A stretch of DNA of 64,000 bases from NCBI GenBank assembly GCA_963422435.1, contig OY729511.1:728103-792102 (forward strand). Reading direction: 5' to 3'. The position numbers and the translations under genes are program-made. Shown here in pieces: positions 1 through 10,186 of the stretch; position 1 is the stretch's first letter, and each line of letters opens with the position of its first letter. Below the pieces are notes generated by a model. That model was not told the origin of the DNA. It was given only the letters and a program-made list of their open reading frames with translations, and made no database searches. The DNA is from Candidatus Binatia bacterium. GTDB taxonomy: Bacteria; Desulfobacterota; Binatia; Bin18.

Positions 1-2237
1 ACCGTAAAGCTATCCCCGCCGCGCGGAATGGGACCAACGTCGAGTTGGGCCCGGAGTTCAGCGTTCACCGCATCGCTCAGCATGTGTTTGATGACGATGT
101 GATGATAGGTGGTTTGGCCATAGGTCCAGTTGGCCATGTCCGGGCCAAAGCGGGTGACGAGGGATTGGACGGCGGCCTGAAAACTCTCGCGTATGAACCG
201 GTCCCGTCCGGCGAGCGGGTCAGGACCGTAGCGTGCATCAGGAGCAAGCAGGCTGTTGATGAGCGGGGTGACGACAATACTCGCAAATGATTCCTGCAGA
301 GCGGCCGGGACGTGCCTGTTCCGAAATTGCTCCCACAACTGGCGCTGCCAGGCGGCATAGATCCCGGCGGCAACGGAGTCCTTGTCCAGCCTGAGGTCCC
401 AGGCGTACAGCGTATTGAGCGCCGCCCGGACGAGCGGGTCTGCCGACGCCCAGTCCTTGTCCTGAGCGCGCAGAAACGGCACCAGCAAACGAGCCGGAAT
501 CGAGTATTCATCGCTCTGGAGCTGCATCATCTCGCGGGCCGTCAGGTTTTTACCCGCGGCAAGGACTTCCTCAATCCGGGCAAACCGGTACGGCTCCAGC
601 CAGTAATAACTGATCGGATAGGGGTAGTTGGGCGGCAGGTTCTCCTGGTTTGCGGTGGCGATAAACCCCTCCGAGGGGTTCAGGACGTGCGGCAGCTCGC
701 GAATCGGCAGATAACCGTCCCACTCAAAGCGTCCATCCCCCGGCACGGGCACCAGGCCGTTCCAGTTGGGCCGGAGCGGCACCACGCCGACCGCCTGCCA
801 GCCGATATTGCCCTGCCTGTCCGCCCAGACCATGTTCTCTGACGGAGCGCGGGAATAGGCGCACGCCTCGCGGAACTCCTGCCAGGTCGTGGCCTGGTCC
901 ATCCGCAGGCTGGCCAGATAGGGTACCCCACCGATATCGAGCCAGGCGGCCCGCAGCCCAAAGGCCAGGGGCCGCTCCGGGTCTTCGGCCAGAATGGGAC
1001 CGTGCCGGGTGTATTTCAGTGCGACTTTGGCAGCGTCCTGGCCTTTCACCGGGATCGTCTCGGAGAGAACCCGCATATCTTCCCATTCCCCTTGATACCA
1101 ATACTGATACGGATTGTCCGGGTTGGTCTTATACACATACAGGTCTTCGGAGTCCGTCGGGAAAATCGTCAGCCCCCACGCTCCCTGCTCGTTATGCCCG
1201 ATAGAAACGCCGGGCAGGTGGGGCTCGCCCCCACCAATCACGTTCCAGCCGGGCGCAACCAGATGCACCCAGTAGCGCAGCGACGGCGCGGTAATGGCCC
1301 GGTGCGGGTCGTTGACCATGAGCGGTTTGCGAGAGAGCGTTTTGGTGCCGCTCACCACCCAGTTATTACTGCCCTCGTCTTGTGACACGGGCTTTCCAAT
1401 GAAGGCCGGTGCAACAGCTTGGCCGGCAGACCGAGGAGGTGGGTCAGTGGTTTCCGAGGCGCGATGCTGTGGATCAACGACGTCTTCGGGCGCAAAGGCG
1501 ACCGCTTCACGCGCGGCTTGATAATACTTCAGGGCATCACCGGGAACGGTCGCCACATCGAGCCCTTCGGGGACGGCCAGGTCGGGCGTTCCGGGGTGCA
1601 AATGGAGCATCGTCCGTATCGTCTCGGGTTGCATGGTTTGCAGCGCCTGGGCGATCAGGACCTCGGTTTCCAGGTTCAGAAAAATCCCGCCGAGGCGCGC
1701 CAGCACAATGTCCGGGGTCCAGTCCTGGGGGGTGATACCGAGCAGGTTAAACTCCAGGGACAGCATCTCCGGCTGTTCCTGGGTCTGCCGGATATAGGCG
1801 TTAATACCCTGGACAAAGGCGGTAATGATCTCTTTCCCGTCCGGGTGATAGTACCGGCACTCCTGGTCCAGGTCGCCGCGAAAACGCAGCAGCCGGGCCC
1901 CGATGTCGCGGTCCAGGGCTTTGGGGCCTTGAATCTCGGCCATCGTGCCAGTGACGCGCCGGCGCCAGATCTCAAGCTGAAACAGGCGATCGCGGGCCGC
2001 GTTATACCCCTGGGCAAAAAACAGGTCGTGCTGGTTCTTGGCATAGATATGAGCGATACCCCAGCGGTCGGTCAGGATTTCGACCGACTCGCGGAGCCCG
2101 GAGACGCGCAGTGTTTCCATTCCATCCTCCTGAACGCTTGTCTGAGGCAGGACCGCGGCTCCACCCAGGGGCGGAGAGAGCCAGGGGGCAACACATAAGA
2201 AGAAGAGAATAGATGCCGTTTTTGCACCCGTCGGCAT
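1..2237 (-). CDS. penicillin acylase/amidase family protein (Ntn-hydrolase, S45-like); C-terminus lies beyond window start
   Basis: Reverse-strand translation from ATG at 2235-2237 gives a signal-peptide-like N-terminus (MPTGAKTASILFFLCVAPWLSP), then acylase-like sequence including an SNNW nucleophile-type motif. It runs off the window edge, so it is not in the ORF track as one ORF. Confidence 0.7.
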   Translation of the reverse strand, partial: MPTGAKTASILFFLCVAPWLSPPLGGAAVLPQTSVQEDGMETLRVSGLRESVEILTDRWGIAHIYAKNQHDLFFAQGYNAARDRLFQLEIWRRRVTGTMAEIQGPKALDRDIGARLLRFRGDLDQECRYYHPDGKEIITAFVQGINAYIRQTQEQPEMLSLEFNLLGITPQDWTPDIVLARLGGIFLNLETEVLIAQALQTMQPETIRTMLHLHPGTPDLAVPEGLDVATVPGDALKYYQAAREAVAFAPEDVVDPQHRASETTDPPPRSAGQAVAPAFIGKPVSQDEGSNNWVVSGTKTLSRKPLMVNDPHRAITAPSLRYWVHLVAPGWNVIGGGEPHLPGVSIGHNEQGAWGLTIFPTDSEDLYVYKTNPDNPYQYWYQGEWEDMRVLSETIPVKGQDAAKVALKYTRHGPILAEDPERPLAFGLRAAWLDIGGVPYLASLRMDQATTWQEFREACAYSRAPSENMVWADRQGNIGWQAVGVVPLRPNWNGLVPVPGDGRFEWDGYLPIRELPHVLNPSEGFIATANQENLPPNYPYPISYYWLEPYRFARIEEVLAAGKNLTAREMMQLQSDEYSIPARLLVPFLRAQDKDWASADPLVRAALNTLYAWDLRLDKDSVAAGIYAAWQRQLWEQFRNRHVPAALQESFASIVVTPLINSLLAPDARYGPDPLAGRDRFIRESFQAAVQSLVTRFGPDMANWTYGQTTYHHIVIKHMLSDAVNAELRAQLDVGPIPRGGDSFT

Positions 2238-2264
2238 AGTCGCTCCTGTCGTGCGCAGTCCTGG

Positions 2265-2696
2265 TCACGCCGCATCAACAGGCGGTAGTACGTCCGGCGT
2301 GATCTGATAGCCGTCCGCCAGGGCGTTGGTGCTGTTGAACAACGCCACAATGGCCATCACTTCTCCCAGCGTTTGGGTGTCACCACCAAGCTTGCGCAAG
2401 GCCGCAGTGTGGGAGTTAATACAGTAGGCACAGCCATTGGTGGCCGAAACAGCCAGGGCAATAATCTCGCGCGTCCGAGGGTCAAGGGGCGATTCCCGCC
2501 CGCTGGCTTCGGGGTGCATGAGCGCTTTCAGCCGGGTCCAGATCATCTCCAGATTATCCGGATGACTGGCCAGGGCCCGCCAGAAATTCGGCACCGCCGG
2601 AATACCCTTGGTGGCTTTGATGTCAGCATAGATCTCCGCGACTTTGCCGGTGGCTTCTTCTTCCGCGACCATGCGCACGGTTGCAGTACGGGTCAT
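2265..2696 (-). CDS. carboxymuconolactone decarboxylase / AhpD-like family protein
   Basis: ORF 2265..2747; likely start at MTRTATV (ATG 2694-2696) preceded by a GGGAGGG RBS. CxxH motif (CAYCINSH) typical of the AhpD/CMD fold. Confidence 0.7.
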   Translation of the reverse strand: MTRTATVRMVAEEEATGKVAEIYADIKATKGIPAVPNFWRALASHPDNLEMIWTRLKALMHPEASGRESPLDPRTREIIALAVSATNGCAYCINSHTAALRKLGGDTQTLGEVMAIVALFNSTNALADGYQITPDVLPPVDAA

Positions 2697-2875
2697 AGCA
2701 CTCCCTCCCTTGTGACTGGCGAGACGAGGTCGTTCAACTCGCCTCATTCAGATCGCTACGCTCAGGTTGTCCCAAAAAGAGACAGAAAGAAAGGGCGGAG
2801 GATACGCCGTGTGTAGCGGGAGAGTTGTGGCTTGGTCGGAAATTCCGTACAGCAGTCTCTAAGGAGGCTGTACAT

Positions 2876-3838
2876 ATGGCGATTCTGATTACTGGAGGTA
2901 CTGGGTTTTTGGGCCGGCATTTGACACGACATCTGGTTCGGTCGGGCGAGAATGTCGTTATTCTCGATGCCGTCCCGAACCGACAGGCGGTCGCGGACGT
3001 GGCCGACCAAGTGAAAGTCTTGCAGGGCGATGTCATGGAAGTGACTGCGCTCATAGACGTGATCCAGCGTAATAAAATCGAAGGAGTTATTCACCTCGCC
3101 TACTATCTGGGAACCGGCGGCATCCGCAATCCGCTGCCGTCGATCAACGTGAATTGTATTGGCACCACCAACATCTTTGAGGCCGCCCGGCTGAGCGGCC
3201 TGAAGCGCGTTGTGTATATGAGTTCGGTCGCCGTATTTCCCGAGCGCACGGCCGGCACCGCCCCGGAGCTGCGCGAAGACGACCCGCCGGCTCCATCCAC
3301 CAGCAACCAGGCCGGCCTGTACGGGGCGTGCAAATTATTTAACGAACATACCGCAGACTACTACAACCACGCCTATGGCATGGACTTCATTGCGATCCGA
3401 CCGACCTCGGTGTTTGGCGAGGGACGCGGCCAGCGCCGGGGAGCGGCGGGAGATCATTTTATGGTCGCCCCTGAGCTGGCCCTGCTCGGCAAGCCGGTCG
3501 TCATGCCGCCGGACGAGCAGATTGCCGACTGGCTGTACGTGGCCGACGCCGCGGAGGTCTTTCGCCGGGCGTACCACCTTGAAAACCCGCAATCCCGCGT
3601 GTTCAACATGGCCGGTCCCAGCCGCAAGACGGGCGAGATCACAGCCTATCTGCGCGAGTTGCTGCCCGACGCTGACATCTCGGTTAGTGATAAACCCGTG
3701 GCCATGACTTCGCTAGTCAACACCGACCGCCTGCGGACCGAGCTGAGCTTCACCCCCACGTATACGGTCGAGGACGGCATCCTGGCCTATTTGCACGATG
3801 TGCGGAGGCGCGAAGGCATGCCGCTGGAGCCGCGGTAG
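2876..3838 (+). CDS. NAD-dependent epimerase/dehydratase (extended SDR)
   Basis: AAGGAGG RBS then ATG 2876. N-terminal Rossmann motif ILITGGTGFLGRHL; ~320 aa, typical of the SDR-epimerase family. Confidence 0.8.
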   Translation: MAILITGGTGFLGRHLTRHLVRSGENVVILDAVPNRQAVADVADQVKVLQGDVMEVTALIDVIQRNKIEGVIHLAYYLGTGGIRNPLPSINVNCIGTTNIFEAARLSGLKRVVYMSSVAVFPERTAGTAPELREDDPPAPSTSNQAGLYGACKLFNEHTADYYNHAYGMDFIAIRPTSVFGEGRGQRRGAAGDHFMVAPELALLGKPVVMPPDEQIADWLYVADAAEVFRRAYHLENPQSRVFNMAGPSRKTGEITAYLRELLPDADISVSDKPVAMTSLVNTDRLRTELSFTPTYTVEDGILAYLHDVRRREGMPLEPR

Positions 3839-3930
3839 ATTGCGAAAAGAATAGGAGCCAATCCCCGCTACGCAGTGACCGGCCTCTACAGAAAGAAATA
3901 TCGGCTTTCGGTTGCATTCCGTCGAGTGGC

Positions 3931-4377
3931 TTAGAATGCTGGCGTCCCCGGCGTGGTAGAAATCTTCGTCACCTTCTCTTCGGCGTCGTGGGAGACGGAA
4001 AGCGTAAAGGTTTCACCCGTAAACCCTTCAACCGGGGTACCGATAATCTCCCACGCCCCAAGGGTAAGCACGTCCATGGCGGCATGGCCGATCGCTCGCC
4101 CAGTAGACGGCTGATTCCCGCGTTGCAGATGAAATTCGTCTGTCCGTCCATCTGCGACGGCAAACGTTCTCGCTGGCTGCCCAATATGCAGCAGGACTTC
4201 ATCTCGTGGCTGTCCGATGCGCAACGCCCCCGTGTTTGGATCGGGCCTGCCGGACAGAGCCATGCCGACTGAACACGAGGGCAGGAACAGTAGCAGGATG
4301 CCCCCCATCACGAGCACGGCCAGCGCACCGCTATGGCATCTGAAAGCACAAATATCCTTTATCCAGTCGGGCATATC
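3931..4377 (-). CDS. hypothetical small membrane-anchored protein
   Basis: Only the C-terminal ~149 codons of ORF 3931..4839 look protein-like: MPDWIKDIC... with one hydrophobic helix (LAVLVMGGILLLFL). The upstream part of the ORF is low-complexity and probably non-coding. Confidence 0.35.
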   Translation of the reverse strand, partial: DMPDWIKDICAFRCHSGALAVLVMGGILLLFLPSCSVGMALSGRPDPNTGALRIGQPRDEVLLHIGQPARTFAVADGRTDEFHLQRGNQPSTGRAIGHAAMDVLTLGAWEIIGTPVEGFTGETFTLSVSHDAEEKVTKISTTPGTPAF

Positions 4378-4576
4378 TCTCTCCTGTGTGGCGCTGAGTA
4401 CCCGGCGGGTGCCGGGCCGTGTCCACATCACAACAGGGAGTGGGATGGGGTCCTGCCCATTCACCACGACGTGAACGGCAACGAAGCTGTCAGGTATACG
4501 TGCGGATGTCAACATAGGGCCGTGCCCTGGATTTCGCTCCTTCAATTTGAGACAGTACCCTTCCAGAAGGAGTACT

Positions 4577-5806
4577 ATGAATTCCAGCACGGTCCCAGCC
4601 CGCATTGAGTCCCTGAAGGTGCAGAACTTTCGGGCGCTGCGCAAAGTCGAGTTCAAGAAGCTCGCGCCCCTGACCGTGCTGCTTGGCCCCAATGGTAGTG
4701 GCAAGTCCACGGTCTTTGACGTGTTCGCGTTTCTGGCCGAGTGCTTTGAGTTGGGGTTGCGCCGGGCTTGGGATAAACGCGGGCGAGCCAAGGAACTCAA
4801 GACGCGCGGCGCACAGGGAGCGGTGACCATCGAGATCAAGTATCGGGAACCCGGCTATCCGCTCATCACCTATCATCTGGCCGTTGATGAACGTGACCGC
4901 GCGCCGGTGGTCGTGGAGGAATGGCTGGGTTGGAAGCGGGGGAGTCATGGGCAACCGTTTCGATTCCTAGAATATGCGCACGGCCAGGGACGAGCGGTTA
5001 GTGGCGAGAGGCCGGACCAGCAGGACAAGAGGGTGGATATTCTGCTCAAATCCCCTGACCTGCTGGCAGTCAACGCGCTTGGACAGTTCGCCGGGCATCC
5101 GCGCGTGGTGGCACTCCGCGACTTTGTCACCGGCTGGCATGTATCGTATCTGTCAGCCGACAGCGCGCGCGGGCAGCCCGAGATGGGACCCCAAGAACGG
5201 CTGAGCAAAACGGGCGACAACCTCGCCAACGTCATTCAATACCTGGCTGAACAGCATCCAGAACGGCTGGAGAACGTCTTCACTATCCTGCGCCGACGGG
5301 TACCGCGCATTGAGCGTGTGCTGGCCGAGACCATGCCCGACGGGCGCCTGCTGTTGCAGATCAAGGACGCCCCGTTCAGCCACCCGGTGCTGGCCCGTTT
5401 CGCTTCCGACGGCACGCTGAAGATGCTGGCCTATCTGGTGCTGCTGTACGACCCCGAACCACCGCCCTTCATTGGCATCGAAGAGCCGGAAAACTTCCTG
5501 CACCCACGGCTGCTGGCCGAACTGGCCGAGGAGTGCCGCGCGGCCAGTGAACGCACCCAGTTGCTCGTGACCACCCATTCGCCGTTTTTCCTGAACGCCT
5601 TGCGGCCTCAAGAGGTACGGGTCCTGTGGCGCGACGATCGGGGCTATACACAGTCGCAACACGTGGCTGATTTACCCAAGGTGCGCAATTTCCTGGAGTG
5701 TGGCGGGCTGCTGGGAAACTTATGGATGGAGGGATATTTCAGCGTGGGTGATCCGCTGGTCAATCAAGGCGCGCCGACCGCTCCTCCACAAAGGCCCAAG
5801 CTGTGA
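4577..5806 (+). CDS. AAA_21/AAA_15-type ABC ATPase (OLD / AriA / AbiLi-like)
   Basis: GAAGGAG RBS, ATG 4577. Walker [12 protein letters not shown], Walker B/D-loop [14 protein letters not shown]-loop VTTHSP: an SMC/RecF-like ABC ATPase typical of defence-associated ATPases. Confidence 0.8.
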   Translation: MNSSTVPARIESLKVQNFRALRKVEFKKLAPLTVLLGPNGSGKSTVFDVFAFLAECFELGLRRAWDKRGRAKELKTRGAQGAVTIEIKYREPGYPLITYHLAVDERDRAPVVVEEWLGWKRGSHGQPFRFLEYAHGQGRAVSGERPDQQDKRVDILLKSPDLLAVNALGQFAGHPRVVALRDFVTGWHVSYLSADSARGQPEMGPQERLSKTGDNLANVIQYLAEQHPERLENVFTILRRRVPRIERVLAETMPDGRLLLQIKDAPFSHPVLARFASDGTLKMLAYLVLLYDPEPPPFIGIEEPENFLHPRLLAELAEECRAASERTQLLVTTHSPFFLNALRPQEVRVLWRDDRGYTQSQHVADLPKVRNFLECGGLLGNLWMEGYFSVGDPLVNQGAPTAPPQRPKL

Positions 5807-6426
5807 TTGCCAGACATTTGGAATTGCTTGTTGAAGAGCCGTCAATGGAAGCGTTTCTGCGAGAACTCCTGCCGTGTATTTTGCCCGCAGACTGTGGTTT
5901 CGATATCCATACGTTTCAGGGTAAGCCCGACCAGCGAGGCAAGTTACAGAACCGTCTGAGGGGTTACGCGCAGTTGCCCGACGCCTGGCGCATCCTTGTG
6001 GTAGTGGATCGCGATGACGATGACTGCCGGCAGCTCAAGCAGTGGCGAGAAGACGTCGCATCGGGGGCGAATCTGCGCACGAGATCGCAAGCGGTTGGCC
6101 AGTCCTGGCAATTGGTCAACCGTGTGGTCATCGAGGAGTTGGAGGCGTGGTATTTCGGTAACTGGGAGGCTGTACGCAGCGCCTATCCGAGAGTATCGCC
6201 CACCGTTCCGAATCAAAGTCGTTATCGCAATCCCGACTCAGTCCAGGGTGGAACCTGGGAGGCGTTCGAGCGGATACCGAAACGGCGCGGGTATTTCAAG
6301 ACAGGATTACGCAAGATGGAAGCAGCGCGGGCCGTTGCTGCCCACATTGACCCGGCGCGTAACCGTTCACCCAGCTTCTCAAAATTTTACGACGCCGTCG
6401 TCGAAGCGACATCTTATCAGCAGTGA
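5803..6426 (+). CDS. DUF4276-like small Toprim-like protein (partner of upstream ATPase)
   Basis: Start overlaps the upstream stop (ATGA, 4-bp overlap). N-terminal [16 protein letters not shown] and acidic [11 protein letters not shown] resemble the Toprim Glu and DxD motifs and the DUF4276 signature as I recall it. Confidence 0.6.
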   Translation: MIARHLELLVEEPSMEAFLRELLPCILPADCGFDIHTFQGKPDQRGKLQNRLRGYAQLPDAWRILVVVDRDDDDCRQLKQWREDVASGANLRTRSQAVGQSWQLVNRVVIEELEAWYFGNWEAVRSAYPRVSPTVPNQSRYRNPDSVQGGTWEAFERIPKRRGYFKTGLRKMEAARAVAAHIDPARNRSPSFSKFYDAVVEATSYQQ

Positions 6427-6467
6427 AACTTGCTCAATAAACGGTGTAACAATTTGAGAGGACGCCT

Positions 6468-7544
6468 ATGGACTTCGGAGTGGGCTTTCAGTCGCATATT
6501 CACAACGGATGGAAACACGCCCTGCTGGCCGAGCAGATGGGGTTTACTCATGCCTGGTTTGTGGACTCACAGTTGATTACCTCGGACGTATATGCCTGCA
6601 TGACCCTGGCCGCCGCGCATACCACAACGATTCGACTCGGCACCGGCGTCACTATTGTTGGGACGCGGATTCCCCCCGTTATTGCGCATTCGATTGCCAC
6701 CATCAATCAGCTTGCGCCCGGTCGGGTGATTCTCGGTCTGGGCACCGGCCATACGGCCTGGCGGACCATGGACATGCCACCGGTTTCGCTCGCAGCGTTC
6801 CGGCACACGGTCGAGGTCTGTCAGGGCCTGCTGCGGGGCGAGACTGTCGCCTATCACGAGCGCGGACGGCAGAGCCGGATTCGGTTCATGGATGTTGAGC
6901 ACGGCTATATTAACGTGCGCGAGCGCATCCCTATCTATCTGGCGGCCTCGCACCCCAAGGCTCAGGCCCTGGCCGGTGAGCTGGGCGACGGCCTGTTGAC
7001 CCTGAGCCTGCTCGCGCCCGAGTCGCTCACCCGCACTCTGGCGGCAGTCGCACAGGGCTGGGAGGGACGGGACGGCGGGAAACCGGCTGACTTCGGTGTG
7101 GTCACGCTCGGCATCTCCTGCGTGCTGCAACCCGGCGAGGCAGTGAACAGTCCGCGCGTGCTGTCACGGGTCGGTCCGCGCATTGCGGTGGCCCTGCACT
7201 ATGCCTATGAAGTCGCCAGACAGGGCAAAACGGTGCCGCCTTTTTTACAACCCTTCCTGACTCCGGAGTACCAGCGCTATCTGGATGAGCGCTGGGAAGA
7301 CGTACACGCCACGCACTCGCGCTTTCTGCATCCGGGCGAAGAAAAATTCATTACCCCCGAGGCTATTCGGGCCATGAGCCTGACCGGCTCGCGCGCTGAC
7401 ATCCTCGAACGTCTCGCTCAGCTTGAAGCCGCCGGACTCACCCAGATGGTGGTCTCACCCCCGTGGGGTCTGGTGGAAGAAAGCATCGTGGAGTTCGCCC
7501 GAGAGATTATTGGGCCATACACACAGCTCACCACTCGTCACTGA
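6468..7544 (+). CDS. LLM-class (luciferase-like) flavin/F420-dependent oxidoreductase
   Basis: 358 aa. N-terminal FGVGFQSH... and a TIM-barrel LLM-like sequence with GLGTGH motifs. Confidence 0.75.
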   Translation: MDFGVGFQSHIHNGWKHALLAEQMGFTHAWFVDSQLITSDVYACMTLAAAHTTTIRLGTGVTIVGTRIPPVIAHSIATINQLAPGRVILGLGTGHTAWRTMDMPPVSLAAFRHTVEVCQGLLRGETVAYHERGRQSRIRFMDVEHGYINVRERIPIYLAASHPKAQALAGELGDGLLTLSLLAPESLTRTLAAVAQGWEGRDGGKPADFGVVTLGISCVLQPGEAVNSPRVLSRVGPRIAVALHYAYEVARQGKTVPPFLQPFLTPEYQRYLDERWEDVHATHSRFLHPGEEKFITPEAIRAMSLTGSRADILERLAQLEAAGLTQMVVSPPWGLVEESIVEFAREIIGPYTQLTTRH

Positions 7545-7624
7545 CCCCTCGCCACTCCCCAAGGGGTTTGGAATCAGCGGCTGAAACCGCTAGGCTGAGA
7601 ACCATTCTCCTGGAAGGACAAAAT

Positions 7625-8473
7625 ATGGATACGACGCAAGACGAAGCAGTACGCTATGAACAGGTCGGACATATCGGCTGGCTGAGACTCAATCGGGCGG
7701 ACAAGCTGAACGCCATGACGCCCCAGATGTGGCAAGCCTTACGGGAACTCGGCCACACGCTTTCCACCGAAGAACACGCCCGTGAGAACCAGCTACGGGC
7801 GCTCGTCGTGATGGGCGAAGGCCGCGCGTTCTCGACCGGGATCGATACCTCGGCCTTTGGTGGCGTGGTCTTTAACGGACATGAACGTGATCCTGTGCCC
7901 GAGGTGGTGGCCGACGATGATCCCATGGTGTCCATTATCCAGGGCTTTCAGGAAGCCTTCACCTGGCTTGAAGAAGCCCCCTATCCGACCATTGCCGCGG
8001 TCCGGGGCTATGCCTTGGGCGCGGGCATGCAGATGGCGCTGGCCTGCGATATCCGGGTGGTCGCCCGCGGCAGCCGGCTGGGCTTGCTGGAACATCGCTA
8101 CGGCCTCATCCCCGACCTGGGCGGCACCCAACGCCTGCCCCGACTGGTCGGTACGGGTAAGGCCAAGGAGCTCATCTTCACCGCGCAGCAGATTGAGGCC
8201 GAAGAAGCCTACCGGATCGGTCTGGCCGAACAACTCGTTGACGACGAGGCATTGGAGGCGACCGTGACGGACCTGGCAGACCAGTTGGCCAGTCAGCCGC
8301 CGCTGGCCGTGCGCTATGCCAAGCAGGCGATTGACGCCAGCCAGTATCTTTCCGTCCGAGACGGACTCCTGCTGGAAGCCAAGAGCCAGGCGGTCTGCGT
8401 TCGCTCCCAGGACGCCAAGGAAGCGGTGCGGGCGTTTATGGAAAAACGGATGCCCCGCTACTCGGGGCAATAG
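7625..8473 (+). CDS. enoyl-CoA hydratase/isomerase (crotonase family)
   Basis: AGGAAGGA RBS then ATG 7625 (MDTTQDEAVRYEQVGHIGWLRLNRADKLNAM). Crotonase motifs (GEGRAFSTGID, oxyanion-hole region). Confidence 0.85.
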   Translation: MDTTQDEAVRYEQVGHIGWLRLNRADKLNAMTPQMWQALRELGHTLSTEEHARENQLRALVVMGEGRAFSTGIDTSAFGGVVFNGHERDPVPEVVADDDPMVSIIQGFQEAFTWLEEAPYPTIAAVRGYALGAGMQMALACDIRVVARGSRLGLLEHRYGLIPDLGGTQRLPRLVGTGKAKELIFTAQQIEAEEAYRIGLAEQLVDDEALEATVTDLADQLASQPPLAVRYAKQAIDASQYLSVRDGLLLEAKSQAVCVRSQDAKEAVRAFMEKRMPRYSGQ

Positions 8474-8503
8474 AAAGAGGCGGGACAGTAAAGGAGGCGG
8501 ACA

Positions 8504-9325
8504 ATGACAGACCACGGCTATGCCCGACCGGACATGCTGGCAGAGACCCAATGGCTCGCGGCGCATCTCCAGGATGACAACCTGCGGCTCGTCGATTGTG
8601 ATAATCGCGAAGCCTACCGCCGTGCCCATATTCCGGGTGCGATTCCCGTTCGCGGCCATCATTATTTCAAGGAAAAAGAAGGTGCGCCGCATATCATGGG
8701 CCCGGACCAGTTTGCTCAGACCATGGGAGAGATGGGCATTGGGGATGACACGCTGGTGGTTGCCTATGATGGCTTCAGCGGGCTGTACGCGGCCCGGCTC
8801 TGGTGGGCGCTGCACTATTACGGCCATACCAATGTCAGAGTGCTGAACGGGGGCTGGGACGCCTGGCTGGCCGAAGGGCGGCCAGTGACCAACGCCTCAT
8901 CCCGTCCGGCCCAGGCGACCTTTACGGCCCAGGCGAATGCAGACCTGATCGCCCGCTGGGAGCGGGTCCAGGCGGCCATTGCCGCGGAGACCGTGCTGCT
9001 CGATGTGCGCTCAGATGCGGAGTGGACCGGCGAAAACAACCGGGGCACCAAGCGGGGTGGGCGGATTCCCGGCGCGGTCCATCTCGAATGGCTCAACTAT
9101 GTGGACCCCCAGACAAAAAAGTTCAAGCCCGCGGACGAACTTCGCCCCATGTTTGAGCAGGCCGGGGTCAAGCCCGAGGGTGAGGTCGTCACCTATTGAC
9201 AGGGTGGCATCCGTGCGGCGCACGGATTGTTCACCCTTCGCTTGCTCGGTTTTGACAAGGTACGGAATTACGATGCCTCCTGGGCCGAATGGGGCAATCG
9301 CGAGGACCTCCCGCTGGAAAAATAG
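8504..9325 (+). CDS. two-domain rhodanese (thiosulfate/3-mercaptopyruvate sulfurtransferase family) with in-frame TGA (9197-9199) at the catalytic Cys position; candidate selenoprotein
   Basis: ORF 8504..9199 ends VVTY-TGA. The same frame continues [41 protein letters not shown] to TAG 9323-9325. This reproduces the TST/MST active-site loop C(R/Q)xGx(R/T) and the C-terminal YDGSWSEWG-like motif, with TGA where Cys is expected. Confidence 0.6.
9203..9235 (+). promoter_or_regulatory. SECIS-like stem-loop immediately downstream of the in-frame UGA
   Basis: GGTG-GC-ATCCGTG-CGGCG-CACGGAT-TGTT-CACC: 7-bp perfect upper stem with a G-rich 5-nt loop, an internal loop, and a 4-bp lower stem, starting 4 nt after UGA. 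Confidence 0.45.
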
Positions 9326-9331
9326 ACTCTG

Positions 9332-9916
9332 GTGACGCTCCCTCCTCATATGGCTGGATACAGACAATCGCTGGGGCTTCTGGCCGTTCTGCTCGCCTGC
9401 TTTCTTTTCCCCAACCGGGTCTGTCTCGCCCAGCCCGCGGTTGAGCCCGAACCCCACGGCAACCTGATCATCCAGACTCCGGGAGAACGGGCTCAGCCGG
9501 TCTTGGTCGATACCAAGGGTGCCGTCCCGCCCCAGAGCCAGTGGTGGCGCGATAGTGAGCTTTTGCGGGGCGGACTCCGGGAATTGACGCTACGCGAGCG
9601 CGGGCGGGGTGAACTCCTGGTCCATCCCCGGCTGGCCGGAAAAGATGTCAGTCCGCTGGCCCAGGTCATCATTTACGCCGCGGGGACGCAAAAAGAGGTT
9701 GCTCGCAGCGAGTCCGGCCAGGAACATCGCTTTGTCCTGGATACCGGCAGCTATGATGTGTTTGTGGCCAATCCAACGGGACGGGGAAAGCCCTTCGTGC
9801 TGGAACGCACGGAACTCCCGGATGAAAAAACTGTCGAAAAGGATGTCCACCTGGATGAACCGGCCGACCAGCCTGCGGCGCAGCCCCCAATCCATTCGGA
9901 ACCGCAGACCCGCTAA
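9332..9916 (+). CDS. secreted hypothetical protein
   Basis: N-terminal hydrophobic signal-like segment (LGLLAVLLACFLFP..AQP); no recognisable domain. Confidence 0.45.
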   Translation: MTLPPHMAGYRQSLGLLAVLLACFLFPNRVCLAQPAVEPEPHGNLIIQTPGERAQPVLVDTKGAVPPQSQWWRDSELLRGGLRELTLRERGRGELLVHPRLAGKDVSPLAQVIIYAAGTQKEVARSESGQEHRFVLDTGSYDVFVANPTGRGKPFVLERTELPDEKTVEKDVHLDEPADQPAAQPPIHSEPQTR

Positions 9917-9931
9917 GCCGGGGGAAATGAG

Positions 9932-10186
9932 TTGAAGTCCGTACACACCGACCAGTACCGCGAGTTCCGGGCCCTGATGGTTGCGGCGAGGAAAGCCGCC
10001 GGCCTGACTCAGACGGAACTCGCCAAGCAGTTGGGCAAATCGCAGTCCTACGTTTCAAAATATGAGCGCGGTGAGCGACGCCTGGATGTCATAGAGTTCC
10101 TGACGCTCGCCGACCTGCTGCATTGCGACCCCCACGCCTGTATCACCAGACTGAGCGCCCTGTCCCTCAAACGCGCGGTGTCATGA
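9932..10186 (+). CDS. XRE-family helix-turn-helix transcriptional regulator (TTG start)
   Basis: [26 protein letters not shown] is a classic HTH_3/XRE motif; 84 aa. Confidence 0.65.
   Translation: MKSVHTDQYREFRALMVAARKAAGLTQTELAKQLGKSQSYVSKYERGERRLDVIEFLTLADLLHCDPHACITRLSALSLKRAVS

Noticed and set aside
3931-4839. 302-aa minus-strand ORF
   Set aside because: Only the last ~149 codons (from MPDWIKD at 4377) look protein-like. The upstream two-thirds is Arg/Ser/Pro-rich low complexity that overlaps the divergent promoter region of the ATPase gene.
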